This document shows positions 14,077 through 29,592 of a stretch of DNA of 64,000 bases, one piece after another. A program made the position numbers and the translations under genes. Within the stretch, counting starts at the first letter, position 1. Each line of letters opens with the position of its first letter. Origin of the DNA: Salpingoeca rosetta (Eukaryota > Protista > Choanoflagellata). The stretch spans positions 1,679,336 to 1,743,335 of the forward strand of contig JAWQFM010000006.1 in assembly GCA_033442325.1 (NCBI GenBank), written 5' to 3'. The notes beneath the pieces are model-generated. The model was not told the DNA's origin, did not search any database, and worked only from the letters and a program-made list of their open reading frames with translations.

Positions 14077-14871
14077 TCAGGAGAGGTCGCGCAGTGCCAC
14101 GTACGCGGGCTCCGTGGACCCCGAGCTGCGGCGGGAGCTGCGTGTCTGCGATGGCGACGACGGCGTGTTTGTCAGCGGCGGCACCGCAGTGGTGTCATTG
14201 CTGCCATCATTGTCATTCTTGTCGCTGTTGTCGCTGTTGTCGTTGTTGTCGTTGTTGTCGTTGTCGTTGTTGTTGGTATCACCAGCCGCAGCGCCATCAG
14301 TGCTTGGAATGGCATCCACTTCTCGCTCTTCATCGTCGTCAGCCGCGTCAGGACCGGGAGCATCCGCCTCATCCTCATCCCCTCCCTCTTCCTCGTCCGT
14401 TTCCTGCTCCTCCTCCTCCCCTTCTTCGTCGCTGGCATCATCTTGCGCGGGAACTGTGAGCGTCTCACCACCATCGCCATCACCGTCACTGTCACCATCA
14501 GCATCACCATCACCGTCAGCATTGTTGGTGGTCAGCTCAACGTCGTTCACATGCACCTGTTCGTCACCCCCATCCTCGCTGTCAGTGCGCTGCTGGTCGT
14601 TCCCCGTGTTGCTGAATGCAATGCTATCGTCATCATCGTCGTCATCGTCGCCACCGTTGCCTTCGCCCTCGCTCGGATCCTCTGTCCACGCGCGCATCCC
14701 CTTGGACAGCTGCGCGCACACAAGGCACGGGTGTCGTGTGAGTGCTTGTGGTGCGGAACGATGGGGGGGGGGTGCTAGGCAGGGATGTACGAAGGTGGTT
14801 TCAAAAACTCGAACCACACGCAGCACTCACACACACGCACACACACACGCACACACACACGCACACATACG

Positions 14872-14949
<78 letters not shown>

Positions 14950-16611
14950 CACGCACGCACACACACACACACACGCACACACACAGCGCGCACACATACA
15001 CAGCACGCACAAATACGCACACACACATACGCACCAGAGCTGTCGCGTCGAAGGAGCCCTTGGACATGATCCTGCCCATGGTGGCCATCTCGCCACCGGG
15101 CACGGGCGCCGACCACGACGTGCGCTTGGAGCCGCCGACAAACGTCAGCTTGTCCTGCGCGCTGCTCGCTGCACCGCTCTTGAGTAGCACCTCGTAGATG
15201 TGCGACGTGGCCTCGCTGGTGAAGCCAATGGATGTGTACAGCTCACGTGCGGGATCGTGCTCGTCCTGGTACAGCAGCACCTCCTTGATGCCGTGCTCCT
15301 TGCGCAGGTGCTTGATGGCGTTGCACAGCAGCGCTTTGCCAAACCCGCGCCCGCGGTACCCGCGTGGGGTCACGCACGTGGTCACGCGCGCCTTGCTCGA
15401 CGACACGTGGCGGATCATGCAGAAGGAGACCATGTGGTCCCTGTACACGTGTGCAAACAGCCACCCGTGCGACGCGGCGTCACGGAGGGCCTCGCGGCAC
15501 TGCGTGCTGATGGGCGCAAAGTCACCCCACCGCTCGTTGAGTGCGTCGTAGAACTTCTCCGTGTATGACTCGGCCTCGTTTGCCTCGACGGTGATGAGCT
15601 TGCCCGGTGCAAGCTTCTTGTTGTTCTTCAGTTTCTTGAGCACCAGCACGTCGCGCGTGTGGGAATGCGTCACGCGCTCGGCCCAGTCCGACATCTCCAG
15701 AGCGGCGTCCGCAAACGCCCGCGCCGTAATCGGGTCGGAGATGACCGCCTCCATGTGTTGCTCCTACATGTAAAACGACGACAAGAGACGAGGACGATGA
15801 CGACGATGATAAGGAGGACGATGACGACGATGATAAGATGGGGGGGGGGGGTGCAGGATAATAGAACATAGAACAAGGGTAACACGCAACGTTGTAACCC
15901 GTGTTGTTGAGGTGAAAGCAAGGAGCAAGACAGCAGCGTGTATTGATCAAGGCACTGATCAAATCATGGAAGGGAGCAGGGGGAGGGAAACAAAGGGGAA
16001 GACCAGGGCCCTGTCAAGGCAATTGCGATGACAACAACCACGAGTGATGATGCATGCAAAAACACAGAAACATGCGTCGTGGAGGTGTCACGTACCCGCT
16101 CCTTCATCTCCTGGATCAGGGCTGAGACTGCTGGCTCGTAGATGTCCGGCTCCTGGGAGAGGCGGGCAACGTGCATGCCATGCCAAGCGCTGTATTGCAG
16201 GACGACGAGGACGATGCCGCCAACACTCCCATCGGAATCGCCAAGCGAGACGGTCGCCAGAAGCAGGGACGAAGGCCGGTGGTCTGGCAGATCCTCCAGT
16301 ACGGGCAAGAGGCCCAACATGCCGCTGTGCTGCAGTTCATCCCTGCCAATGAGCGCCAAAACGACACGCACAAAGCACGTGAGCGTGCGTGGATGCGTGG
16401 ATGTGATGGTACGTGTTTGTGTTTGGTTTGCATTGTTCGTATTGGCGATGCATGTCTTGCGTGGTTGGTATTGCCTGTACTGTGGCGATGTGGGGGAATG
16501 AAGCGAGGTGAGTCGGAGCAAGAACAGAGGACCATGGGGGTCCGACCTGAGTAGGAAGCGCTCGACGCGCTCAATGAACACGAGAGGGTCTTGGAACACC
16601 TCCACCTTCAT
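14077..16611 (-). CDS. GNAT-family acetyltransferase (bacterial FR47/COG3393-like) with acidic low-complexity tail
   Basis: Exons 16611-16547, 16342-16096, 15763-15035, 14709-14077 splice in frame. Acetyl-CoA motif A is ARVTTCVTPRGYRGRGFGKALL and motif B is LLYQDEHDPARELYTSIGF. Confidence 0.8.
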
Positions 16612-16812
16612 GGTTCTCTGCTGCTGTGTGGCTGCGACTGTGTGGGTGGGGATGCGATTGGGGGGGGGGGGGTGTTGTTGTTGGGTGGAGGAGTGAGGTT
16701 GTGTTGAATGTGCATCGAATCATTGACAGGGACATCTTAACTTTATGGATTTGCTGACACACAACAAGAAGGACAAGAAGCAAGCAAGAGAGGAAGGACG
16801 CGAGCGGCCAAT
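16612..16812. promoter_or_regulatory. Putative bidirectional promoter GNAT/QPRT
   Basis: 201 bp between divergent start codons. Confidence 0.6.
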
Positions 16813-19121
<2,309 letters not shown>

Positions 19122-19613
19122 CCGCACACACGCATGCACACATGCCCATGTTCCTTGTCAATGAATATGACTTTGCGTGATGATGGTGGTAATTGTTGTG
19201 CGTGACGCGCCACTCCCATGCGTGCCAAACGCGCTTGCACAGCTTTCCCTTCATCCTGCTATGTTGCCCCCATCCCCCCCCCACCCCCTTCTCTCTCTCT
19301 TCTGTCGGGCATGCACAGTAGGGATCTGCTTGCTCTCAGTCAATGACATTTACGCGATTGAAACTCGCATGAACACACGTGCGCGCACATCGCGCAGGCG
19401 GACAGGGCGAATGCGAGAACAGAGATGAAAGAGGAGGGGGGAGGAAAGGAACCTTGTACAAAGAGAGAAAGAGGGGAAGGAAGGAGGAGAGGGACCGGTG
19501 CACACAACAAGCACCCACACACCCACACACCCACACATCCACACATCCACACACCCACACATCCACACACCCACACACACACACACCAAGCGAAGCTGGG
19601 GAGCAATGAGGAG

Positions 19614-19940
19614 CTAGTAGCGGTACTTGGTCGAATAGTCCTTTGGCGACACGACGAGACCTCGGCCCTTTCGTGCTCCTCTGTACACCGTCTGCACGTT
19701 TGTTTGGGGGGGGGGGAAGGAGGGATGGATGTGAGAGATATGAATGGCGAGAGGCAAGAACAGACGCAGAAGAACAGGGGTAGAAGCAGCGACGAAAAAA
19801 CAAGTGGGGTCATGCAGGTTGCATCAGCACACACGCACAAGCACAAGCACAAGCACAAGCACAAGCACACACGCACAAGCACAAGCACAAGCACAAGCAC
19901 AAGCACACGCACACGCACACGCACACGCACACGCACACGC

Positions 19941-19971
<31 letters not shown>

Positions 19972-20597
19972 AGCACACGCACACACAAGCACACGCACAC
20001 ACAAGCACACGCACAAGCACAAGCACGCACACATGCGAACGCACCTCCACGATGTCGATGAGTTCTTGCTCGTCTGTAAAGGCCCAGTTGATCTTGTTGT
20101 TGTTACCCGTGCCCAGATCAATCATGATGTGCTTGTTCCGGAAGAAGAACATCAACGTGCAAGGGTCATACAACTCGTACCTGCGTGGTGGGTGGCGCAA
20201 GAGCGCAGCAAAGCGTTAGCTTGGACACGGCACGATGACAGGGATAACAGGGGATAACGGCTGCGCACACGTGGGGACGTCCATACATACATTTGCTCGT
20301 TTACACGCACCCACTCACGTACAAATGCATACGCACGCGCATGCGTATCCAACGCGCACGCACGCACGGTGAGGCAACTTACATGGAGTTGAAGTCGGGA
20401 ACCTTGGTGATGTCGACAAGGTAGATGACCGCAAAGTTCTTGACCTTCTCTGAAATCTTGAACAGGCACTCGTCCGTCTTCATGCAGTCGGGGTCCCAGT
20501 CGTGTCCAAAGCGGATGATGACCACCCGGTCTTCCTCCGCCATGATGGCTTGGTCGACCTGCCATCCGTTCTTGAGATGCGTCAGCATGTACGACAT
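19614..20597 (-). CDS. TXNL4A: Spliceosomal U5 snRNP protein DIM1 (thioredoxin-like 4A)
   Basis: Exons 20597-20383, 20180-20045, 19691-19614: MSYMLTHLKNGWQVDQAI..RFGHDWDP..YELYDPCTLMFFFRNKHIMIDLGTGNNNKINW..VYRGARKGRGLVVSPKDYSTKYRY*. Confidence 0.98.
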
Positions 20598-21560
20598 GGT
20601 GGCGGTCGAACGAAGCGGGCGCAGTCACAGTCCAACAAGTTGAAGTTGAGGCGGGTTGGGGAGGATGAGTAGAGGAGGTCGGCTGGCTGTCTGGCAGCTG
20701 GGAGTGTGTGCGGAGCAGGAGCAGGAGGATGGAAGAGGTGTGGCTGGTGTGTCTGGAGGAGTGTGGAGAACGGGTACGACGAACGAAGGAAATGGCTGCA
20801 CAAGTCCTTGCGTGCTTGCTTGCTTGCTTGCTGACTCGTTGCTCGCTTGCTTGCTTGCTTGCTTGCTTGCTTCAGGCGGTTCCACGTCAACACTCTCAAC
20901 CACACACACAACGTTCGCACAGCAAACACAGCAAGAGGAGAACGAAGGGGAAAGGCCAAAACGAGCAACGCCACAGACCAGTCCTTTGCCGCGAAATTCA
21001 AAAATGGTGGCGTCGGCAAGTTGTGTATGTGTGTAGCGTGTGTGCAGTGAACGGGTGAAGTTGTGACAGGTGTGAAGTGCTAGGCTTCAAAGAGCTTCTC
21101 TTTGAAGCTTTGAAGTGAAACTCGAGAGCTGGAGGGGATGCAGAGACACACGCACAAGCCCTTTTTGTGTTTCTTGCACGCACTCTCACTTCGGCAATTC
21201 TGTTACCATAGTGTGAGGAGTCAAGGGTGGAATGCAAGGATGGGGGGAGTCCTCTCAAGCCTAACATTTTGCTTTCCTCGAACAACAACAGGCAATCAAC
21301 AAACACCGCAATACGCGTTGTTCTCTTTTCGATGAACTGCTGGATCACATGCAAGCATGCACTTTTTGAACAATGTGCTCAACCATGCCAACATCCCCCC
21401 CGGCTTAAATCCACCCACAGGATTACTGTTCGCATGCTGGATTTGATTGGTTGTATGTCTGTTTATGTTCTCTCGTAACGCAGCAGCACCAAACAAACCA
21501 CTGCAGCCCCATCGAACAGCACACGCAAATGGCCGAGACAGCGGCCAGCGCGTTGGTGCA

Positions 21561-21680
21561 CTAGAAGGCGCCAAGCTCTGACAACTTCTGGTGCGCTGCA
21601 GTGTAGTCTGCAAAGAACTTGGCCTGCACACACGAAGCAAGGCGTCGGCCACATTTTGCACACACACAACACACACACAG

Positions 21681-21712
<32 letters not shown>

Positions 21713-22192
21713 ACAAAGAAGCACGTGTGAGTGGAGGCAGCGGCAAGCGGGTTGTTTCGCATACAACCATGACTGCAAACCAATAACCTCAAAGACCACG
21801 ACAACACCCTGTGTTATTCAACCCCCCCCCCTCTTATCCTGGCAAACAAAAGCAACGCCACCAACCCACACCATCCCTCGCCCCACCTGGTCCTGCGCGT
21901 AGAGATTGACAAACTTGGCCATGGTTGGCGAGTCCAGCAGGGCCTTGTCGGTTGGCAGGACAAGCAGGCCGTCCTTGGGATTGAGCAGGTTCGAGAAGTA
22001 ACTGTTGTCAAACCTGCAACAGCGCACGCACAAGCAGGATGTGCGTGTGTGCGTGTGTGTGCGCGCGTGTGTGTGTGTGCGTACGTGCGTGCGTGTGCGC
22101 GTGCGTGTGAGGGACCTGCTCGATGCGTTCGATACATTCGATATTCGATGTGTTGGATGCGGTGCAGTAACTCCGAAACGCAAGCATACAAT

Positions 22193-22260
<68 letters not shown>

Positions 22261-23039
22261 NNNNNNNNNNNNNNNNNNNNNNNNNNNNNNNNNNNNNNNN
22301 NNNNNNNNNNNNNNNNNNNNNNNNNNNNNNNNNNNNNNNNNNNNNNNNNNNNNNNNNNNNNNNNNNNNNNNNNNNNNNNNNNNNNNNNNNNNNNNNNNNN
22401 NNNNNNNNNNNNNNNNNNNNNNNNNNNNNNNNNNNNNNNNNNNNNNNNNNNNNNNNNNNNNNNNNNNNNNNNNNNNNNNNNNNNNNNNNNNNNNNNNNNN
22501 NNNNNNNNNNNNNNNNNNNNNNNNNNNNNNNNNNNNNNNNNNNNNNNNNNNNNNNNNNNNNNNNNNNNNNNNNNNNNNNNNNNNNNNNNNNNNNNNNNNN
22601 NNNNNNNNNNNNNNNNNNNNNNNNNNNNNNNNNNNNNNNNNNNNNNNNNNNNNNNNNNNNNNNNNNNNNNNNNNNNNNNNNNNNNNNNNNNNNNNNNNNN
22701 NNNNNNNNNNNNNNNNNNNNNNNNNNNNNNNNNNNNNNNNNNNNNNNNNNNNNNNNNNNNNNNNNNNNNNNNNNNNNNNNNNNNNNNNNNNNNNNNNNNN
22801 NNNNNNNNNNNNNNNNNNNNNNNNNNNNNNNNNNNNNNNNNNNNNNNNNNNNNNNNNNNNNNNNNNNNNNNNNNNNNNNNNNNNNNNNNNNNNNNNNNNN
22901 NNNNNNNNNNNNNNNNNNNNNNNNNNNNNNNNNNNNNNNNNNNNNNNNNNNNNNNNNNNNNNNNNNNNNNNNNNNNNNNNNNNACACACACACACACACA
23001 CACACACACACGTACACACGACGACGACGACACAGACAC

Positions 23040-23115
<76 letters not shown>

Positions 23116-23281
23116 AGCATAGCATACCACGACTGCGACGAATGATGGGAAGTGATGCCACTGCTGGTGCCGCACTGTTGTTCTCTTCTGGAAACAAGGC
23201 CTGCCGCACACCCAACACGAACGCAACAGCTACCACGGCCGCAACCACCACCACCAACAGTGCGCGCTTGGTTTGCCGCAT
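21561..23281 (-). CDS. Class I heme peroxidase (ascorbate/cytochrome c peroxidase family); middle exons lost in assembly gap
   Basis: C-terminal exons ~22012-21887 (FDNSYFSNLLNPKDGLLVLPTDKALLDSPTMAKFVNLYAQDQ) and ~21623-21561 (AKFFADYTAAHQKLSELGAF*) match the APX/CcP C-terminus. A putative first exon 23281-23128 (MRQTKRALLVVVVAAVVAVAFVLG.., signal or anchor) is linked across the gap by inference only. Confidence 0.82.
22261..22983. other. Assembly gap (723 N) bounded by (CA)n
   Basis: Run of N with microsatellite on both sides. Confidence 1.
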
Positions 23282-23608
23282 CCAACACCCACGATGACGT
23301 AATCCACGGCTCGCAACACCACAAAAAAAACGAGCTTGCTTGCATGTGGTGCGGTCGGACGCAACTTTGCCTCCTCTCACGTCCGTGATGATACCTGCCT
23401 CTCGTTCTAATGGTGATCGTGTGATGTGACAGCACATTCACAACACAACATCACAGCACACGCACAAACAAGGAAGCAACAGTCACAAAGAAGCAGATAA
23501 CCACACGCGCATGCACACATAGCGTGTGATGACAGGATTGCGAGAAGCAGAGCAGACAGAAAATACGAAGCAATGACAACGACACGGTGACGTGTGACAT
23601 CTCCACAG

Positions 23609-23659
<51 letters not shown>

Positions 23660-23819
23660 CAGAAGCAACCGAAGGAAACAGTGCTGTAAGCAAGGGAAGA
23701 CCAGAAGAAGAAAGCAACATCAGCAGGAGTGTCGCGTAATGCTCCAGTTAACGTGCAGAATGAAATGAGGTGGGTGGAGACGAGCCCAACACGCGAACAG
23801 CCAGGGAAAAGTGTGAGAA

Positions 23820-23880
<61 letters not shown>

Positions 23881-24197
23881 AGCAAGTGACACGAAAGAAG
23901 CCAAGGGACGAACAAAAGGAGGAGAAGGAGAGGGCGGGCAACATCCCATAATTGAGCCAGCTGTGTGCACCAGTTACTGTCGGGCGCACACTCTATCAAC
24001 AACAGCGTGGATGAATACAGGATCCACAGCGACTGGTCAAAGGGATTGCCACTCCCGCGCCACTCCATGGTCGTGTCACAACCACAACAACCAACAACAA
24101 GAGACAACGTCCAACATACAACATACAACATACAACAGTGACAACATACAACGTACAACGTACAACATGAACAAGAGACACCAAGCACACAAACACA

Positions 24198-24236
<39 letters not shown>

Positions 24237-24309
24237 CAGCCAGCAAACAACACAAACAGATACCAGCGAAACAAGAGCAGTTGGTGACCGGCGGCCAGGG
24301 GTGATGTTG

Positions 24310-25823
24310 TTACACCTCCATGGCCTGGTTTGTGGCCGAGTCGTCACCAGAGGCCGCCATGGGCTTGCTCTCAGACTTGACCTTGGCAGCATCCTGCGCC
24401 GCTGCCGTTGGCGGCTGCGTGCCCGCTGCCTTGGGCTTCTTCGTCACCTGCTCGTCTGACTGCTGCCCCTGCGACACCGCGTCCGCGTCCATCGCCATCT
24501 CGTCAGCGACCGGCGCTGGCGGCGGCGGCGGCGTGTATGTCAGGTCTGTGTTCTTGCTCTGCGCAACGAGCTTTGGGTGCTCGAGCGTCACCTCCGTGGC
24601 GCCAAAGAGAATGTTGTCGACGGCCTCCACGCCCATCATGAGCGAGTGGTCCTGGTTGGCCACCTCGTACTTGTAGCTGCCAAAGCGACCGCGGCTCCAG
24701 AAGCCCTTGGACTTGAGCAGCGGCAGCGTCTCGCGCAGGACCTGGTCGCGGATGATGGTTGGCGTCGGGTAGCCGTGCGGCAGGCGGCGGTGGTACACGC
24801 TCACAATCTCGTCCTCGGGCCGGATCAGGTGCACGTTGAGCGCGCCCTGGATGGTCTCCTCCACAATCGTGTCCTTGTTCACCTTCTTCAGCGGGCTCTC
24901 GCTCACCTCAAACATGAGCGACCAGTACGGCCCGCCCTTGGGCTCGCTCGGCGGCTGCGAGGGGTCGCCTGCCACGCGGATGGTGGGCAGCTTCGTCTCC
25001 GCGGGCGGGCAGTTGGACTTGGCGTACGTGGAGAAGCACGTGCAGCGGTAAAAGGGGCAGTTGCTCTCCGGGTAGTACAGCCAGCACTTGCGGCCGTGCG
25101 GGATCTTGCCGCGCAGGCCAATGCCAATGACGTGCGAGGACGAGTAAAACAGCTTGCCCGCCATCTCCTCCTCGCCAATGAGGCGCAGCGTGTAGTCGAG
25201 CGGCATGGTGCTGATGCACGCCTGGTAGCGGATGCGCGTGCCGTCCTGCAGCGTGACGTGCTTGCCCTCAAGGTCAAGGCCAACCACCTTGCCGCGGTAG
25301 TGGATGCGCTCCTGGGGCAGCAGCTGCGCAATCGAGCTCCAGATGGACCCCGTCCCGCCGTGCTGTCACGCGATACCGGGTATTGAGGCAACAGTGTGTT
25401 TGGGAGTGGAAGCGGGGTGGGAGAGCAGGAATGTGAGTCGGTTGGCTGTTGAGAGGATTGTCCGAGGGATTGGGTCAACAAAGAGCACACAACACACCAC
25501 ACCACACCACAAGAACAACACACGTCTCGATACGGCATCACATTGACAACACACCTCGACACGACACCACAAGAACAACACATCTCGACACGACACCACA
25601 GCCACTCGACACCGCATTGCAGCGGATATCACACCTGTGGGAAGCGGAAGCTGGCTTTTGGTGCTGGGGCACGGCGGCCGCGGAGGACGTTCTTCATGGA
25701 GGCCTTGAGGTCGATGGGCTGCGTGCGGTCACCGAGCCACTCCCACTGCATGTTCGTGGGCGGAATGGCCCACACCTTGAAGTTGTATGGGCGCATGAAC
25801 ATGGATGTCACACCCTCGCCTAC

Positions 25824-25873
<50 letters not shown>

Positions 25874-26092
25874 GGTGAATGAAAAGAAAGAAGGGGGTTC
25901 GTTGGCAGAAGGGGACGGGAGAAAGAAAAGGGGAGGGGGAATCAACAAGAAGCCATTGTGAGATGACGTGTAAGGCGACAAGATGATGCACGAGCTGAGG
26001 AGCGGAAACAAGCGCGAGCAGCACACACACACACACACATGGACGATGGATAGACCAGCGAGTACAAAGCCCTTCACATGCCCACACACATA

Positions 26093-26144
<52 letters not shown>

Positions 26145-26634
26145 CCCGCTCCAAACACAGACAAAACGGCTCACCCATGACGTGGACCATCCACTCGTCA
26201 AAGTTGCTGGGCTGACGGCCGTGGCTGGAGGAGGCGCGCATGTTGGCGTCAATGAGGCCCTCCAGGCAGAAGATCTGGTCCTCAACATCCAGGACGCTGA
26301 GGTTGTTCTGGAACGGGTACGGCACGTAGCGGTCCTTGATCCAGACAAAGGAGACACGCTCAATAGTGGACCAGGCGTCGTCGCCTTTGCCAACGGCGTG
26401 CTCGAGCAGCTGGTCAAAGTACTTGTAGTGGCTGAAGATGACGTGACCACCCAGGTCAAAGAGGAAGCCCTCGCGCGTGCGCTCGGAGCGGGCCAGGCCG
26501 CCCGGTTGGCTGAACCCGTCCACCACCATCCAGCTCGGGTGGTTGTGTTGGTGCAGGCGGGTGGCGGCGCCAAGGCCCGTGGGGCCAGCGCCAATCACCA
26601 GAATCTCAACATCCATGTCTTGCGGGGTCGACAT
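24310..26634 (-). CDS. GLF: UDP-galactopyranose mutase, eukaryotic (fungal UgmA/GlfA, trypanosomatid GLF) type
   Basis: Exons 26634-26175, 25819-25635, 25362-24310. Motifs ILVIGAGPTGLGAA, EGFLFDLGGHVIFSHY, YVPYPFQNN, FMRPYNFKVWA, WLGDR, FRFPQHGGTGSIW, WLYYPESNCPFYR, GPYWSLMFEVSES, HGYPTP, SRGRFGSYKYEVANQDHSLMMGVEAVD. Confidence 0.95.
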
Positions 26635-27616
26635 GACTGATGTCTGCTGTTGCGGATATGTGCTGTTGTGGATATGTGCTGTTGTGGATGTCTGATGTAG
26701 GGTACCAGTGGCGGTGGTGTTCGTACCAGCTTCACACGGGCTATGTGTTCAATGAGCAGTTGTGTGGAAAGATGGGGAGACTGAAGACCTAGGCCCAGCT
26801 ATGAGAGGGGGGGGGGATTCTGCACATTCAACCACAGCACAGCACAAGGAATGGAAAATGATGGGCAAGTTGTGGTGGTGGGGGGGGGGGAAGGTGAGCA
26901 CGTGATCCGGCGATATGAAGCGCGTGGTGTTGTGTTGTGTGGTGTGGTGGTGGTGGTACGTGAAGGGCATGGCATGCCATCAATTACGGCAATCCCCAAG
27001 GCAAAGTGCAACGCACAAGAGCAGCGCAAATCGTGCATCCCCCCTGCCCCTGCTTGATGTGATCATCACCCCAACACACAACTCCTCCACGATGTGCCAC
27101 CCAACGACCGCACGACCGCACGACCGCACATTCCCCTGTTCTCACCTGTTTGGCTAAAGGATGGCTCAAAGCAGACACGAAGCCAACGCACACACACACA
27201 CACACACACACACAAAGCCAAAAGGCCAGACAAAAAACAACCAAACACCCCAGAAACAAGGATAGGGTGTATGCCTGCTTTTTTCTTGCGTGCTTCTGTC
27301 TCTTCTTCTTCTGCACTCAACACTCTCTTTTGGTTGGCGGGCTGGTTGGCTGGTGTGCTGCTGGATATGGATGGGGGCTTGTTGTCTGCTGCTGGTCTTG
27401 CGTCTTGCGTCTTGCCTTGTGTGTGTTTGTGCGTGTGAGTGGCGAGGGTGTGTGGCGAGCGCGACACCAACCTTACACACGACCGTGCCGAAGAGTTGTT
27501 GGAAACATGCACAAAGAATCGCGTGATTTGGGCGACTGATGCAAGTAGGAAAATTCGCGATACGAGCGAATGTTGTGGGTCTGCGCCTGAATTCAGTCAT
27601 CTCGTCACCGGGCACG

Positions 27617-27779
27617 ATGGCAAAGAAGAAGAAAAGGCAGCAAAGCAAGAGTCAGGCGGCTGCTGGCGATGGCGGGGATGGGGACGGTGGCGGTGGTGGC
27701 GGCTTGGAATCATGGAAGCGGTGCCAGGCTCGTCTCAAGACGGCACAGCGCCACATGAAAAATGTCAAATTACACGCCG

Positions 27780-27835
<56 letters not shown>

Positions 27836-28203
27836 CTGGCGTGTGGGTGCGTGTGTGTGTGGCGTGTGGGTTGTGCTTGGGGGTGGTGATGCTTGTGCTT
27901 GTCGGCTATCAGCCACAATCGTCCTCACACACGCACGCACACACATGCACACACACACACACACACACATACATGCACACACACACACGCATTCGCCATA
28001 GATGTTCTTGATGGATCGGCTAGTGTACAAGTATTCAAACCAGTTGAAACGGGAGCGGTCCTTCCAGCTGCTGCGCAAGCTGCGCAAGATTGCCGCCCGC
28101 ATCGATGTGCGTAGACATATGCGCTCATAACCCTGTGTTTCTTTGTATACATTGCAACATGGGGCGTGGTTGACTCGTGCACCTGCACATGAACGCGCAT
28201 TAC

Positions 28204-28239
<36 letters not shown>

Positions 28240-29175
28240 CACTCACCCACACCCACGCACGCACCCACACACACACCTTCACACTCACACCTTCACACAC
28301 ACCCACTCACACCCACACCCACTCACACCCACGCACGCACTCACACTCACTCACACTCACTCACACCCACACACCCACTCACACCCACACCCACGCACGC
28401 ACTCACACTCACACCTTCACACGCACACATTCACACACACACCTTCACGCACATGCTTGTCAATTCTACAGGAGCTGGAGCCCACAGAGCTGCCCCAGCG
28501 GTATCTTGAGGTGGGAAAAGAGGCGCGGAGACAGAAGCGCAGCATGAGTATCACGAGAACAAGCAAACCCGCCATCGCTAACCCCGAAGGCGAGGGCAGC
28601 ACCAGCACCAGCACCGTGTTTCCCACACTCGCCATGGAACAAGAGATGGCTACGCTGCAAGGCCTGTTGCAGCAAGCAGAGGTGGTGAGCGAACGCGCCG
28701 CTGCAGAGTGTAAGGTGCAGCTAGAGAAGGGCCTGTTCATGCCGTTTCACCTCGTGGTGCTCTCCAACGCCAGCCGCACGTGGAGCATGTGCAAGTTTAC
28801 TGCGTTTACCCTCGAGCACATTCAGCGCGCTCTCGCTGCGTTTGCCAAAGCCATCACACCCAGCGTCTCTGCTGCTGCCCTTGTGTACGTTCACGCTATG
28901 TATGTGTGTGTGCCTGTGGTGTGTGTGTGCGTGTGTGTGTGTGTGAGTAAGTGTGTGAGTGAGTGTGCGAGAGAGAGTGTGTGAGTGAGTGTGTGAGTGA
29001 GCGAGTGAGCGCGTGTATGTTGTGTGAGTGAGTGAGTGAGTGAGCGCGTGTATGCTGGGTTCGTTCGTTCGTTCATTCGTTTGGATACTTCTCCCTTTCC
29101 TTCAAGCACTCCTCTGTTCTCACAATCCCTCGTCACAACACACACACACACACACACGCACACACACACACACAC

Positions 29176-29213
<38 letters not shown>

Positions 29214-29592
29214 ACACAGTGATACGCCTGCGGCTGCGGTGCTGTCAGAAACGGAGGACGAAGAAGACATGCCGGCACACGCAGCGACACCATCAGTGCC
29301 AACGGCAGCAAGCGATGCTGCCGCACCTACAGCTGCAGGGCGTGCGCCGGGGGATGCGTTGGTTGAGCGTGAGGACCGGCAGGATGAGGGGGCAGACCAG
29401 CAGCCACGAAAGCGAGCAAAGGTAGTCCCGCTCAACACGGTGGACAGCGACGCCGAGGAGCAAAGCAATGGCAACAACGGCGGTCGTGGTGGCGGTGGTG
29501 CTAATGGTGGTGGTGGTGGCGGTGGTGGTGATGATGGTGGTGGTGGTGGCGGTGATGCCGATGAGATTGACGCCATCTTCGGGTTCATGTGA
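27617..29592 (+). CDS. NEPRO/Rmp1-like (DUF4477) putative RNase MRP protein subunit
   Basis: Exons 27617-27781, 28002-28106, 28472-28884, 29220-29592 splice in frame. AEMFLMDRLVYKYSNQLKRERSFQLLRKL, GLFMPFHLVVLSNASRTW and terminal DEIDAIFG resemble the NEPRO/Rmp1 family. Confidence 0.68.

Noticed and set aside
21814-23441. Long ORFs of 357-539 aa spanning the N run
   Set aside because: Artefacts of reading through the assembly gap.
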